This document shows positions 40,078 to 53,021 of a stretch of DNA of 64,000 nt, piece after piece. Within the stretch, counting starts at the first letter, position 1. The number at the start of each line of letters is the position of its first letter. The notes beneath the pieces were generated by a model. The model made no database searches and was not told the DNA's origin. It was given only the letters and a program-made list of their open reading frames with translations. Position numbers and translations under genes: made by a program. The DNA comes from an uncultured delta proteobacterium (GTDB lineage: Bacteria; Desulfobacterota; Binatia; JACPRU01). The DNA lies in NCBI GenBank assembly GCA_963745025.1, contig CAVUWD010000018.1:1-64000 (forward strand), in the 5' to 3' direction.

Positions 40078-40084
40078 GCAGACT

Positions 40085-40400
40085 GAGCCAGGCGGTACCG
40101 GGGGCACCGCAGACGGGCCGGGACGGTCTTGAAGTCGATGCCGAACGCGGGATGCGGCAGGTATTGCCGTTGACAAGCGTGCCGATCCGCGCCCGCTTCG
40201 TCGCCTGAGCGAGGGCGGCGAGCGTGGTCCAGCCCTCGAGGCACGGCCCTTCGGGAGACACGAGGATCGGGTAGAAGTGATCGAAGTTCCAAAGGAGTCG
40301 TAGTCCCAGCGGTCGCCCTTCTGCCGAAGTCGAGCATCTGCGGCGATTCGACGAGCTGCTGGCGTGTCTGGATGCCGAACCGCATCGGGCGCGTTGCCAT
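40085..40400 (-). pseudogene. degraded LLM-class (F420-dependent) oxidoreductase
   Basis: MRFGIQT, WNFDHFYPI, LEGWTTLAALA, RIGTLVNGN spread across frames. Confidence 0.8.
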
Positions 40401-40410
40401 GCGTGCCTTT

Positions 40411-41613
40411 CTAAATTTCTCCGAAAAAGCGCTGGCGCGTCGTCTCGTCCGACGGTGCTTCCGGCCCGCTCATCGGGCAATCGGCAACCCGCCGCGCGTC
40501 CTGCGCGATCAGCGGCAGGGCGCGGGCCCGGCGCGCGTCGGCCTCCGGGCCGAGTTCCATGAAGAGGTCGGCGAACCAGCCGTCGACCCTGCGGCAGGTC
40601 GCGTAGTGGCGATCGTGCTCGGCGGCATAGGCGTGCCCCGCCGCGTCCCAGTCCGATTCCGCGAGCAGGCAATCGCGGAGCACGCGAACGTCGCGCGTGG
40701 TGAGCGACATCCCCTGTCCCCACGTGGGGTCGCTCGTCGCGGCGGCATCTCCGATCAGCGCGACGCCGTCCCGATAGGGATGATCGACCCACGAGTCGGC
40801 GCCGTCGAAGGTCGCCAGTGGTCCGGCGGGCTTCGCCTGCGCAAGCATGTCGGCGGGAGCCCCGATCGCCACGAGAGACTCGCGGAATCGCGGAATCGCG
40901 CTGGCACCCTGAAGCCGCTCGATCTGCCGGTCCTTGTGAAAGCCGTAGTAGGCGCGCACGCGCCCGTTGCCTTGCGGGAAAAAATAGCCGACGAGACCGA
41001 GCGGAGGGGCGGCGAAGTGATGGAACGTATCGGCTGCGACGGCGAGATCGTCGAGGAGGACTCCGCAAAAGAGCAGACGCGGTGGGTCTTGCCTCGCGGT
41101 GAACCCCGCCCATCGACGCACCGCCGAGCCGCGTCCGTCGCCCGCTACGACGAGCCGCGCGGACGCTTCCTCGGTCTTGCCCGCCTGCGCGATCGTGACC
41201 CGAGGCGGCTTTCCCGGCTCCACGTGCCGAACGTGCGCCCCGCGCCTCACCTCCGCCCCAGCACTCACCGCGGCTTCGAGAGCGAGTTCCTGCATCCTGG
41301 GGTGATAGAAGGTGAGAAAGCCGCTACTCTGAGGCGTGGTCGCCGGGAGGTCGCGCCGGAGCATCTCCACCCCGCCGACGCGGACGCTCCACCAGCGGAG
41401 GATGTTGCCGCAGCTCTGTCTCAGCGTTTCGTAGAGCCCGAGCTGCTTCAGGTTCTCGACGCCCCACGGTGCCAACGCCTCGCCGCGCACGCGGTCCTTG
41501 AAATGGACCTCGCGCTCGACTACCAGCACGCGGGCACCGCGCTCGGCCATGACCTTGGCGAGCGCCGATCCACCGAGCCCGCCACCCACGGTGATGATGT
41601 CGTAATTCCGCAT
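40411..41613 (-). CDS. FAD-dependent monooxygenase/oxidoreductase
   Basis: VGGGLGG, AGDGRGS, LIGDAA..DP.WGQG. Confidence 0.9.
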   Translation of the reverse strand: MRNYDIITVGGGLGGSALAKVMAERGARVLVVEREVHFKDRVRGEALAPWGVENLKQLGLYETLRQSCGNILRWWSVRVGGVEMLRRDLPATTPQSSGFLTFYHPRMQELALEAAVSAGAEVRRGAHVRHVEPGKPPRVTIAQAGKTEEASARLVVAGDGRGSAVRRWAGFTARQDPPRLLFCGVLLDDLAVAADTFHHFAAPPLGLVGYFFPQGNGRVRAYYGFHKDRQIERLQGASAIPRFRESLVAIGAPADMLAQAKPAGPLATFDGADSWVDHPYRDGVALIGDAAATSDPTWGQGMSLTTRDVRVLRDCLLAESDWDAAGHAYAAEHDRHYATCRRVDGWFADLFMELGPEADARRARALPLIAQDARRVADCPMSGPEAPSDETTRQRFFGEI

Positions 41614-41677
41614 CGAGACCTCCCGATGATTCGAGCGCGCGAGCCCCGGCTATAGATTGGAAGGCACGGGAAAGTCG

Positions 41678-42670
41678 ATGACGTTTTGGCGGCGGCACTG
41701 GTTCCTGGTCGGTCTCGCGCTGGTCAGCGCCGGCGCATTTGCGTTTCCCGAAGGCGGAGCGGCGCTGCGCCGAACGGGCTGGGCGCTGCCGCTGCTCACC
41801 GCGACGAGCCTCTTCCTCTCCGGGATCACGCTCGAGACCGCCGGGCTTCGCGAGGGCGTCGACGTGCGCGGGCTCGCGCTCGGGCTGTCCTCCACCTACG
41901 TCGTGGCCCCCGTGCTCGCCATCGTCTTCGTGCGACTCTGGGGACCCGCGAATGGCGGCGCGGGATCCGAGGGGTATTTCTTCTTCGAGGCGATGATGAT
42001 CGTCGCGGCGCAGGCGAGCACCATCGCCTCCGCGCCCGCGCTGACGCTCGTTGCGGGCGGGAATCAGGCGCTCGCGCTGCTGATCACACTGTCGTCGAAC
42101 CTGATGACCTCGCTCGTCACGCCGCTCCTCCTGCGCTGGACGGTCGGCACCGTGGTCGCGTTTCCGGTCGGGCGGATGATGATGGAGGACGCGATGGTCG
42201 TGCTGCTGCCGGTCGTCGTTGGACAAGCCGCCCACCGCCTCTTCTGGTCGCGGCTGCGGATCTTCATGCCGGCGATCGTGCGGCTCGCACAGGCGATCAT
42301 CCTTCTCTTCGTCTACACGGGGGTCGCCGCGGCGGCCGGCCGCCTTTCCGAGCGGCCGGCGCTGATCCTCGCCTTCGTGGCAACCGCCGCATCGCTTCAC
42401 ATCGCGCTGCTCGTCTGGAACTACCGAACCGCGACCTGGCTCGGCCTCTCACCGGCAAACCGAGTGGCGGTCGTTTTCTGCGGCTCGCAGAAGACCCTGC
42501 CGAACGGCATCTACCTCTGGGACACGTTCTTCCCGTGGAACCCGCACGGCGCGCTCGCCCTCGTCTGCTACCACGTGTTCCAGCTGGTTCTCGACAGCCT
42601 CCTCGTCCCCTCGCTGTCCCCGCGGCCGGCTGCCGTCGCGGAGGTGGAGGACGTCGCCGATGGGGCGTGA
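41678..42670 (+). CDS. bile acid:sodium symporter (SBF-like) family transporter
   Basis: STIASA, AGGN, FCGSQKTLPNG, YHVFQL. Confidence 0.85.
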   Translation: MTFWRRHWFLVGLALVSAGAFAFPEGGAALRRTGWALPLLTATSLFLSGITLETAGLREGVDVRGLALGLSSTYVVAPVLAIVFVRLWGPANGGAGSEGYFFFEAMMIVAAQASTIASAPALTLVAGGNQALALLITLSSNLMTSLVTPLLLRWTVGTVVAFPVGRMMMEDAMVVLLPVVVGQAAHRLFWSRLRIFMPAIVRLAQAIILLFVYTGVAAAAGRLSERPALILAFVATAASLHIALLVWNYRTATWLGLSPANRVAVVFCGSQKTLPNGIYLWDTFFPWNPHGALALVCYHVFQLVLDSLLVPSLSPRPAAVAEVEDVADGA

Positions 42671-42857
42671 CCTGGAACAAGAGCGGCGGAGCGTCGGACT
42701 CTGCTCCGACTGTCGATTCGCCAAGCGGATCGACAGCGGGAAAGGATCCCGCTTCTTTTTCTGCCGACGCTCGGAGAGCGATCCCGGCTATCCGCGTTAC
42801 CCCCGATTGCCGGTCTTGAGCTGTGCCGGCCACGAGGCGGGCGAGGACGCCTCGTGA
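42660..42857 (+). CDS. small Cys-rich hypothetical protein
   Basis: GLCSDC..F.FC..DP.YPRYPRLPVLSC; GGAGG RBS. Confidence 0.65.
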   Translation: MGRDLEQERRSVGLCSDCRFAKRIDSGKGSRFFFCRRSESDPGYPRYPRLPVLSCAGHEAGEDAS

Positions 42858-42982
42858 CGCCTGGAGAGCCGGCGCCTGGTCGAGCGTTCATGGCTCGACG
42901 TCGCTGGCGGTGCCGGGCCTGCCGTTGCAGAATCCGTCCCACTGCTGATTCGACCCTCGTTCTGTGCCAAACTGAGTAGACT

Positions 42983-46667
<3,685 letters not shown>

Positions 46668-46724
46668 GAAAGGGGGATCGGCGTAGGGCCGCTGCGTCCG
46701 CCTCGAATGCTTCGGACGGCGAGC

Positions 46725-46891
46725 AACGCGGTCGGTTGTGGTCGGCCCGTACTCGGGGCGATCACAACCGACCGCAACGGCGCGGAGCGCGGAGGCAGTA
46801 ACCCGCGACCTGGTCTATTGCTTCCGCGCTTCGCGCGGTGGCTGGATCTGCCGGTCGACCCGAGTACGGGCCGGCCGGCAGATCCAGCGCT
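46725..46891. repeat. Triple-hairpin dyad element, copy 3
   Basis: IRs 46728-46745/46758-46775 and 46841-46858/46871-46888; loops CCCGTACTCGGG and CCCGAGTACGGG are exact reverse complements. Confidence 0.9.
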
Positions 46892-46981
46892 TCACGGATC
46901 TCCGACGCGTGTGGCGATGACTTCGGGATACGTCCCTTGTCCGCTTTTCTCGCGGCGTGGGTTGAAGTAGGGATCGTTCCC

Positions 46982-47449
46982 ATGTCCCACGTCGATCCGC
47001 CGCCGAGCCTCGGGGCGCTCGGGTTTCTGGTGGGTCGCTTTCGCGGGGAAGGCACGCTGCAACGCGGCGCGACGTTCGAGAAGGACGTCGTCGGTCGCTG
47101 GGAAGTCGCGGGCCATTTCTTGTCGCTTTCAATGAGCGCGTCGTACCGGGTGAACGATCGGGTGATGGACGTTCATCACGCGATGGCGCTCGTCGGCGTC
47201 GAGCGCGGTAGCGGAGCGTTCCAGGCGCACGTCTTCACCGACGGCGGAGAGATCCTCGAGCACCGTCTCATCGTCGAGGCCGGCCGTATCAGCTTCGGCG
47301 ACCGGGTACCTCACGAGAGCCGCGCACGTGTCGCTCGCAAGATCCTGCTGCGCACATCGTACGGATACGACGAGACTCTCGAGATCGACCGCGACGGCGG
47401 AGGCTTCGAGACCTACTCGTTCGTGCGGCTCGAGCGTATGGCCGAGTAG
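46982..47449 (+). CDS. hypothetical beta-barrel protein (nitrobindin/DUF1579-like)
   Basis: LGFLVGRFRGEG N-terminal motif; strand-rich. Confidence 0.6.
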   Translation: MSHVDPPPSLGALGFLVGRFRGEGTLQRGATFEKDVVGRWEVAGHFLSLSMSASYRVNDRVMDVHHAMALVGVERGSGAFQAHVFTDGGEILEHRLIVEAGRISFGDRVPHESRARVARKILLRTSYGYDETLEIDRDGGGFETYSFVRLERMAE

Positions 47450-47459
47450 CGAGATTCGA

Positions 47460-47843
47460 TCAGTTGAGGACGCCGGGGATCGCCAGCGTGAACGGCGCGA
47501 TGCGAGCGTCGAAGGTCTCGCCGCCGTCGGTGACCATGCGGTAGCTCCCGTGCATGGAGCCGATCTGCGTGGCGAGCGGGCAGGCACTGGTGTATTCGAA
47601 GGCTTCGCCGGGACGCAGGCGCGGCTGTTTGCCGACTACGCCCGGCCCCTTGACCTCTTGCTCCTTGCCCATGCCGTCGGTGATGATCCAGTGGCGGGAC
47701 AGAAGCTTCACGCACTGCTCTCCGTGGTTCTCGATCGTCACGTGATACGCGAAGAAGAACTCGCCGTTGTGCGGGTCGGAACGCTCCGGCACGAACTCCG
47801 ACTCGACCTTCACTCGGATCCCGCGCGTGATCGCTTCTGACAT
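47460..47843 (-). CDS. apaG: ApaG protein
   Basis: FAYHVTI, RHWIITD, GPGVVG.QP, YTSAC, GSMHG. Confidence 0.95.
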   Translation of the reverse strand: MSEAITRGIRVKVESEFVPERSDPHNGEFFFAYHVTIENHGEQCVKLLSRHWIITDGMGKEQEVKGPGVVGKQPRLRPGEAFEYTSACPLATQIGSMHGSYRMVTDGGETFDARIAPFTLAIPGVLN

Positions 47844-47983
47844 CCCTGGCCTCCGGGGCCATTCCCTACCTTCCTCGAGCGGATTGCGCCAGCCCGATGC
47901 GGCGGCTCCATCCGCTGGACGGGAGGCGCGGCTTCGATCGCCGCAGTCAGAGCGAAGAGAATGACGCGCAAGAACTTTTGCGC

Positions 47984-49210
47984 ATGACGACACCCGCCCT
48001 CTCGCTCTACTGGTTTCTCTACCTCGGGGCGCTCGGCGTCCTGCTGCCGTTCTTCAGCCTTTATCTGAGCGACAATGCCGGGCTGAACGCGACCGAAGTG
48101 GGCGCGGTGGTGACGATGTCTCCGCTCGTCGCGCTGATCGCTCCGACCGCGTGGGGGCGGATCGCCGATCGCTCGGGCTCGCCGATACGCGTGCTGGCGG
48201 CCGCCACGCTCGGCGCCGCCGTCTTCACGGCGATGTTCCCCTGGCTCGAGGGCTTCTGGCTGCTCGCCGCGGGCGCAGCCGCGCTTGCGCTCTTCGCGAC
48301 GGGCGTGATCCCGCTCGTCATCTCGGTGACGCTCGCGGCGCTCGGCGAGAGCGCGCTCTCGGCGTTCGGGCGGGTCCGCGTGTGGGGCACGGTCGGCTTC
48401 CTGGTCCTCGTCGTTCTGTTCCCGGTGGCGCTGCACGCGTTCGCGGCGGGCCGCGTTCCTCCGTCGCGACCGGCTGGACCGTCGGAGCCGTACCTGTGGG
48501 TGATGTTCCCGGCGGCCTCGTCGTTGATCCTCCTCTCCGCGCTGCTCGCCTGGCGCATTCCCGAGACGAGGCAGCTGCAACGCCACGCGCGTCGGAGCGG
48601 CTGGCTCGAGCTTCGCCGCCACGTGCCGTTCGTTCGTTTGCTCGTGCTGTCGGTCGGCACGTACCTGTTTTTCCAGGGCCCGATGAGTCTCTTTCCGCTC
48701 TATCTTCGCGGTCACGGGCGCGGGCTCGAGACGCTCAGTCAGATGTGGATTCTCATGCTGCTGCTGGAGATCCCGCTCATCGCCTTCTCCGGCACGGCAT
48801 TGCGCCACCTCGGCCCGCGCGGACTGCTCGGCGCCGGCCTGGCCGCGGGCGGCCTCCGCTGGCTGGTCTGCGGCCTGGTTCACGATCTTCGCGCGGTCTA
48901 CGCGGTGCAGCTGCTGCACGGCGTGACCGTGGCGGGAGTCGGAGTGGGCTCCGCGCTGTACGTCGAAGCGTCCGTTCCCGCGCGGCTGCGTTCGACCGGT
49001 CAGGGGCTGAACGCCACGGCCGGCGTCGGGATCGGTTCGATCCTCTCGAACGTCGCGGCCGGCTGGCTGATGGACCACGTCGGCGTGAACGCTCCCTTCG
49101 TGGTCGGCGGTAGCGGCGCGCTGCTGCTCGCGATGATGATTCCGCTTTGGTTGCCGCCGCCGAGCCAGCTCGCGCGGAGCGAGCCGGCGCTCGAGTCAGC
49201 GCCGCAGTAG
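47984..49210 (+). CDS. MFS transporter (MFS_1-like, HcaT/NupG-related)
   Basis: WGRIADR, FGRVRVWGTVG, LLHG, STGQG; about 12 TMs. Confidence 0.88.
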   Translation: MTTPALSLYWFLYLGALGVLLPFFSLYLSDNAGLNATEVGAVVTMSPLVALIAPTAWGRIADRSGSPIRVLAAATLGAAVFTAMFPWLEGFWLLAAGAAALALFATGVIPLVISVTLAALGESALSAFGRVRVWGTVGFLVLVVLFPVALHAFAAGRVPPSRPAGPSEPYLWVMFPAASSLILLSALLAWRIPETRQLQRHARRSGWLELRRHVPFVRLLVLSVGTYLFFQGPMSLFPLYLRGHGRGLETLSQMWILMLLLEIPLIAFSGTALRHLGPRGLLGAGLAAGGLRWLVCGLVHDLRAVYAVQLLHGVTVAGVGVGSALYVEASVPARLRSTGQGLNATAGVGIGSILSNVAAGWLMDHVGVNAPFVVGGSGALLLAMMIPLWLPPPSQLARSEPALESAPQ

Positions 49211-49278
49211 GAGGCCGCGCCACAGATCGCCCCCGTTGGTCGCGAACCGGCTCCGGCCAGGCAGCTTACCGAGTTAGC
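49208..49278. repeat. 71-bp TAG-bounded dispersed repeat, copy B
   Basis: 61/71 identical to 11220-11290; begins at the MFS stop codon. Confidence 0.8.
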
Positions 49279-49327
49279 CTCGAGCCAGCAGTTTCGCCGA
49301 CGTTGCTGGCGCCGAAAGTTTCGCTCT

Positions 49328-50059
49328 TCATGCCAGACTTCCGGAAGACGCCGGAGCCCGCTCCGGGACAACCATCGGCAGAAGCCGCCGCCGACGGGTC
49401 CGCTTCAGCTCTTCGAGCTGCGAGCGGGCGGCCGCATCGGCCTCCGCGGCGCGGATCTTGCCGAGCCGCCTTTCGAGATCGCTGTCTCCGAGATCGCGGG
49501 TCATCTTCGCCTCCTCGACGAGCCGGTTGACGTGGTCGCGGACCGCGTCGAGCGCACGGATGTCGGCGTCGGGTGACAGCCCGGAGAGCGTTTCCTGAAA
49601 TCTCAGCCGTGCATGCGCGTTGGCCAGCCGTGCCAGCATGCGTACCTTCTCGTCGCGCAGGCGCGCGATCTCTCCTTGGAACGTCGAAAGATTCTTCTTC
49701 GCGGTCTCCGCCTCTTCGTCGAGCTCGTGAAGCTCGCCGGCGAGGCGCTCGACTTCCTGCGACAGGCCGTCACGCCGGCCGATCAATACCAGCGCCGCGT
49801 CGTCGTCGTCACCATCGATGGCGAGCTCGAGCTGCCGGCGAACGCGGGCGAGCTCGGCGGATTTCTGCCCGAGCTCGCGGCCGAGCTTCGTCCGCATGTA
49901 GAGAATACCGGCGGCGGCCGTGCGGAGCTTGCCGTACTGATCGAGCCGCTCCTGGATCGCGGCCTCGTAGACCGCGCCGGGGTTTCGGTGCTCGCGACCG
50001 AGGATCCATTGATTGAGGATCCCGCGTACGAGATTGGTCAGTCGAGAAAAGAAGCGCAT
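49328..50059 (-). CDS. pspA: PspA/IM30 family protein
   Basis: Amphipathic MRFFSRLTNLVRG, NP..YEAAI, GDDDDAA, long coiled coil. Confidence 0.82.
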   Translation of the reverse strand: MRFFSRLTNLVRGILNQWILGREHRNPGAVYEAAIQERLDQYGKLRTAAAGILYMRTKLGRELGQKSAELARVRRQLELAIDGDDDDAALVLIGRRDGLSQEVERLAGELHELDEEAETAKKNLSTFQGEIARLRDEKVRMLARLANAHARLRFQETLSGLSPDADIRALDAVRDHVNRLVEEAKMTRDLGDSDLERRLGKIRAAEADAAARSQLEELKRTRRRRLLPMVVPERAPASSGSLA

Positions 50060-50166
50060 CTGTTCCTCCCTGGATGGAAAGCGAGCTTCAGCTCCGCACT
50101 CGCGGGCCGATCGCGTAGAAGCCGATGAAGTAGACGCGCAGCGCGCCCGCCATCCGAAACCCTCCG

Positions 50167-51558
50167 CTACGGCTCCGCGTCCTCGGCGGTGATGCCGAGC
50201 TCGCGCATCTTCTGCTGGAAGTTCTGGCGATACATGCCGATCTCTTCGGCCGCCTTGGTGATGTTGCCGCCGTTTCGTCGCAACGCCTGGACCAGGAACG
50301 CGCGCTCGAAATCCGCCACGGCGCGGTCCTTTGCCTCGCGAAACGATACCGGCATCTCCGGCGCGGCCGTAGGGGCCGCCGGAGTCGGCGCCGCGGTCTT
50401 GTCGCCGAGCAGATCCGCCTCGGTGATCTCCGCTGCCGGGGCGAGGAGCAGAGCCTGCTCGACAGCCGAGCGGAGCTCACGCACATTGCCTTTCCAGCGG
50501 TGCGCCACGCAGGCGCGCATCGCGTCGGCGGTCAACGGCTTGGCGGGGCGGTTGAAGCGTGCCGCGGCTTCCTTGAGGAAGTGATCGACGAGGAGTGGAA
50601 CGTCCTCACGCCGCTCGGCGAGCGGAGGAATCACCAGCTCGACGACGCGCAGCCGGTAGTAGAGGTCTTCGCGAAATCGGCCAGCCCGCACCTGCGCCTC
50701 GAGATCCTGGTTCGTGGCGGCGATCACGCGTACGTCGACCCGAATCGGCTGATTGCCTCCGACGCGCTCGAATTCTTTTTCCTGGAGCGCGCGCAGAAGC
50801 TTCGCCTGGGTCTCGAGCGGCATGTCGCCGACCTCGTCGAGAAAGAGGGTGCCGCCGTCCGCGGCCTCGAATTTTCCCTCGCGGCGGGCGATCGCGCCGG
50901 TGAACGCGCCCTTCTCGTGACCGAAGAGCTCGCTCTCGACGAGCTCCCGTGAGAGCGCGGCGCAGTTCATCTTCACGAGCGGCCTCCCGCGCCGCGGGCT
51001 GCGGTAGTGGAGCGCGCTCACGACGAGCTCCTTGCCGGTGCCGCTCTCGCCGCGAACTAGGACGGTGACGTCCGTGTCGGCGACCTTGTCGATGGTTTCG
51101 AACACGCGGCGCATCGCGGGGCTCCGCCCGACGATCTGCCCGGCAAACGCATCCTGGACCTGCTCGAGGAGGCGTCGGTGGTCGCGCCGGAGAAGCGCGG
51201 TCTCCATCACCCGGCGGACGAGCACGCGGAGCTCGTCGTTGTCGAAGGGCTTCGGCAGATAATCGGCGGCGCCGTTCTTCATCGCCGCCACGGCGATCTT
51301 CTCGGAGCCGTAGGCGGTGATCATGACGACCGCCGCATCCGGATCGACGCGCCGCGTGTGCTCGAGCACCGCCATACCATCGGTGTCCTTCAGCGAGAGA
51401 TCCGTGATCACCACGTGAAAGCTTCCCGGCTCGATGCGCGTGAGCGCCTCTTCGCCGCTCTCGACCGTGTCGACCTCGTATCCTTCCTTGGCGAGTAGGC
51501 TCCGCAGCGCGAGCCGCATGCCCTTCTCGTCGTCGACGATGAGAACGCGTCCGGGCAT
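50167..51558 (-). CDS. sigma54-dependent response regulator (NtrC family)
   Basis: REC domain, GESGTGKE, GAFTGA, LFLDEVG, GNVREL, Fis HTH. Confidence 0.95.
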   Translation of the reverse strand: MPGRVLIVDDEKGMRLALRSLLAKEGYEVDTVESGEEALTRIEPGSFHVVITDLSLKDTDGMAVLEHTRRVDPDAAVVMITAYGSEKIAVAAMKNGAADYLPKPFDNDELRVLVRRVMETALLRRDHRRLLEQVQDAFAGQIVGRSPAMRRVFETIDKVADTDVTVLVRGESGTGKELVVSALHYRSPRRGRPLVKMNCAALSRELVESELFGHEKGAFTGAIARREGKFEAADGGTLFLDEVGDMPLETQAKLLRALQEKEFERVGGNQPIRVDVRVIAATNQDLEAQVRAGRFREDLYYRLRVVELVIPPLAERREDVPLLVDHFLKEAAARFNRPAKPLTADAMRACVAHRWKGNVRELRSAVEQALLLAPAAEITEADLLGDKTAAPTPAAPTAAPEMPVSFREAKDRAVADFERAFLVQALRRNGGNITKAAEEIGMYRQNFQQKMRELGITAEDAEP

Positions 51559-51561
51559 CGG

Positions 51562-52725
51562 TCAGGCCTTCGCGGGGAGCGGCAGGCGGATCGTGAACTC
51601 GGTGCCACGGCCGACCTCGCTCGCCACCTCGATCGTCCCTTCGTGAGCCTCGACGATCTTCCGGGAGATCGCCATGCCGAGGCCCGTGCCCTTTTCCTTG
51701 GTCGTGAAGAACGGATTGAAGATGCGTCCGATCTTGTCCTCGGGGATGCCGCACCCGTTGTCGCGAATGCGCACGGTGGCCTGGTCGGGACGGCCGTTGT
51801 CGATGAACAGCTCGAGGCTTCGTCCCTCCGCGACCGGCGCGAGCGCATCGATCGAGTTGTCGAGGATGTTCGTGAACACCTGCTTCAGCTTCTCCGTATC
51901 GGCCAGCACGGTGGGACCCGTGATGTAGTTCCGCGCCACGCGCACGTGCGCGTCGTCGATCTTGGCGCGCATCTGCGTGAGCGCCGAGTCGACGATCGTG
52001 GCGAGATTCACGCGCGCCGGCGCGTAGTCTTCCTCCTTCGCATACTTGAGCAGGTGCGAGATCCGCCGCTCGACGCGCTCGAGCTCCTCGAGCGCGACCT
52101 TGCCGTACTCGACGTTCTCGGGAGAGGTCGGGTCCTCGCCCATCTGCTGGACCAAGCTCTTCGCGGCGGCGATCGGGTTACGGATCTCGTGGGCGATGGT
52201 CGACGAAAGCTCGTCGATCGACGCCTGCTTCTCCGACGTCATGGCAGCCTTTTCCCGCCGCACCTCGCGCTCGACGACTGGATCGAAATAGCGCTCCTTC
52301 AGCTGATGCGATCCGAAGACCCCCATGTAGTGCGCGAAGACGCCGACGCCCCAGCCACCCGCAGGCCATAGGAACCATGGAATCCAAGGGGAAGTGAGCA
52401 GGTTGATCAATGCCAGAAGAGAGATGACGCCGAGATAGCTGACGAGATGGACATAGAAGCCGAACTGCGCAGCAGCCCGGCGGCGAGTGCGGCGAACGGT
52501 GTTGTCGCCGCTCACATCGTCCTGCTCGGTCGCGGAGCGAGATCGGTCGCGAAGGTCCTCCTCCCAGTACCGGCGTCGATGACGATGCCAATGCGGGCGC
52601 CGAGCTCTCCTCCATTCGTCGCCGCATTGGGTCACCGCGGCGGCGGTGTTCCCGCGGTACCACCGAAGCTTGCGCCTGAAGTGGCAAAACGCCCAGAAGG
52701 CGATGAGAAACCCGAAGAAGGCCAT
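51562..52725 (-). CDS. sensor histidine kinase with 2TM-domain-like input
   Basis: AHEIRNP, NILDNS, DNGCG, GTGLG; GFYVHLVSY..INL..WFLWP..GWG resembles the 2TM domain. Confidence 0.9.
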   Translation of the reverse strand: MAFFGFLIAFWAFCHFRRKLRWYRGNTAAAVTQCGDEWRRARRPHWHRHRRRYWEEDLRDRSRSATEQDDVSGDNTVRRTRRRAAAQFGFYVHLVSYLGVISLLALINLLTSPWIPWFLWPAGGWGVGVFAHYMGVFGSHQLKERYFDPVVEREVRREKAAMTSEKQASIDELSSTIAHEIRNPIAAAKSLVQQMGEDPTSPENVEYGKVALEELERVERRISHLLKYAKEEDYAPARVNLATIVDSALTQMRAKIDDAHVRVARNYITGPTVLADTEKLKQVFTNILDNSIDALAPVAEGRSLELFIDNGRPDQATVRIRDNGCGIPEDKIGRIFNPFFTTKEKGTGLGMAISRKIVEAHEGTIEVASEVGRGTEFTIRLPLPAKA

Positions 52726-52741
52726 GTCCTCGCTCAGTGAC

Positions 52742-52757
52742 GCAACCTGCGTGCCAA
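52742..52757 (-). promoter_or_regulatory. sigma54 promoter
   Basis: TTGGCACGCAGGTTGC matches TGGCAC-N5-TTGC, 16 nt upstream of the kinase ATG. Confidence 0.85.
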
Positions 52758-53021
52758 ATTCTAGTCCCAATGGAAGACTTGAGAAAACAGGCGCGCGTGC
52801 GCCGGCCCGCATGCGCGAAGCTGCGGGATCGTGCGGCCGGCCGCAGTCCGGTCACTGCGTCGCTCGGCGGTTGTATCGGCGCCGATTCTTCTCGGATACT
52901 CAGCGGCCGGTGCCGGCGGCGCGGGACAGGACCTCGGCCCCGGTGGGGATTTCGTCGGCTCGCTTCATGTGTTGGATCCTGGCGCCCGGTACCTGCTCGA
53001 CGACGCAGAGCGGGGCCGCCG

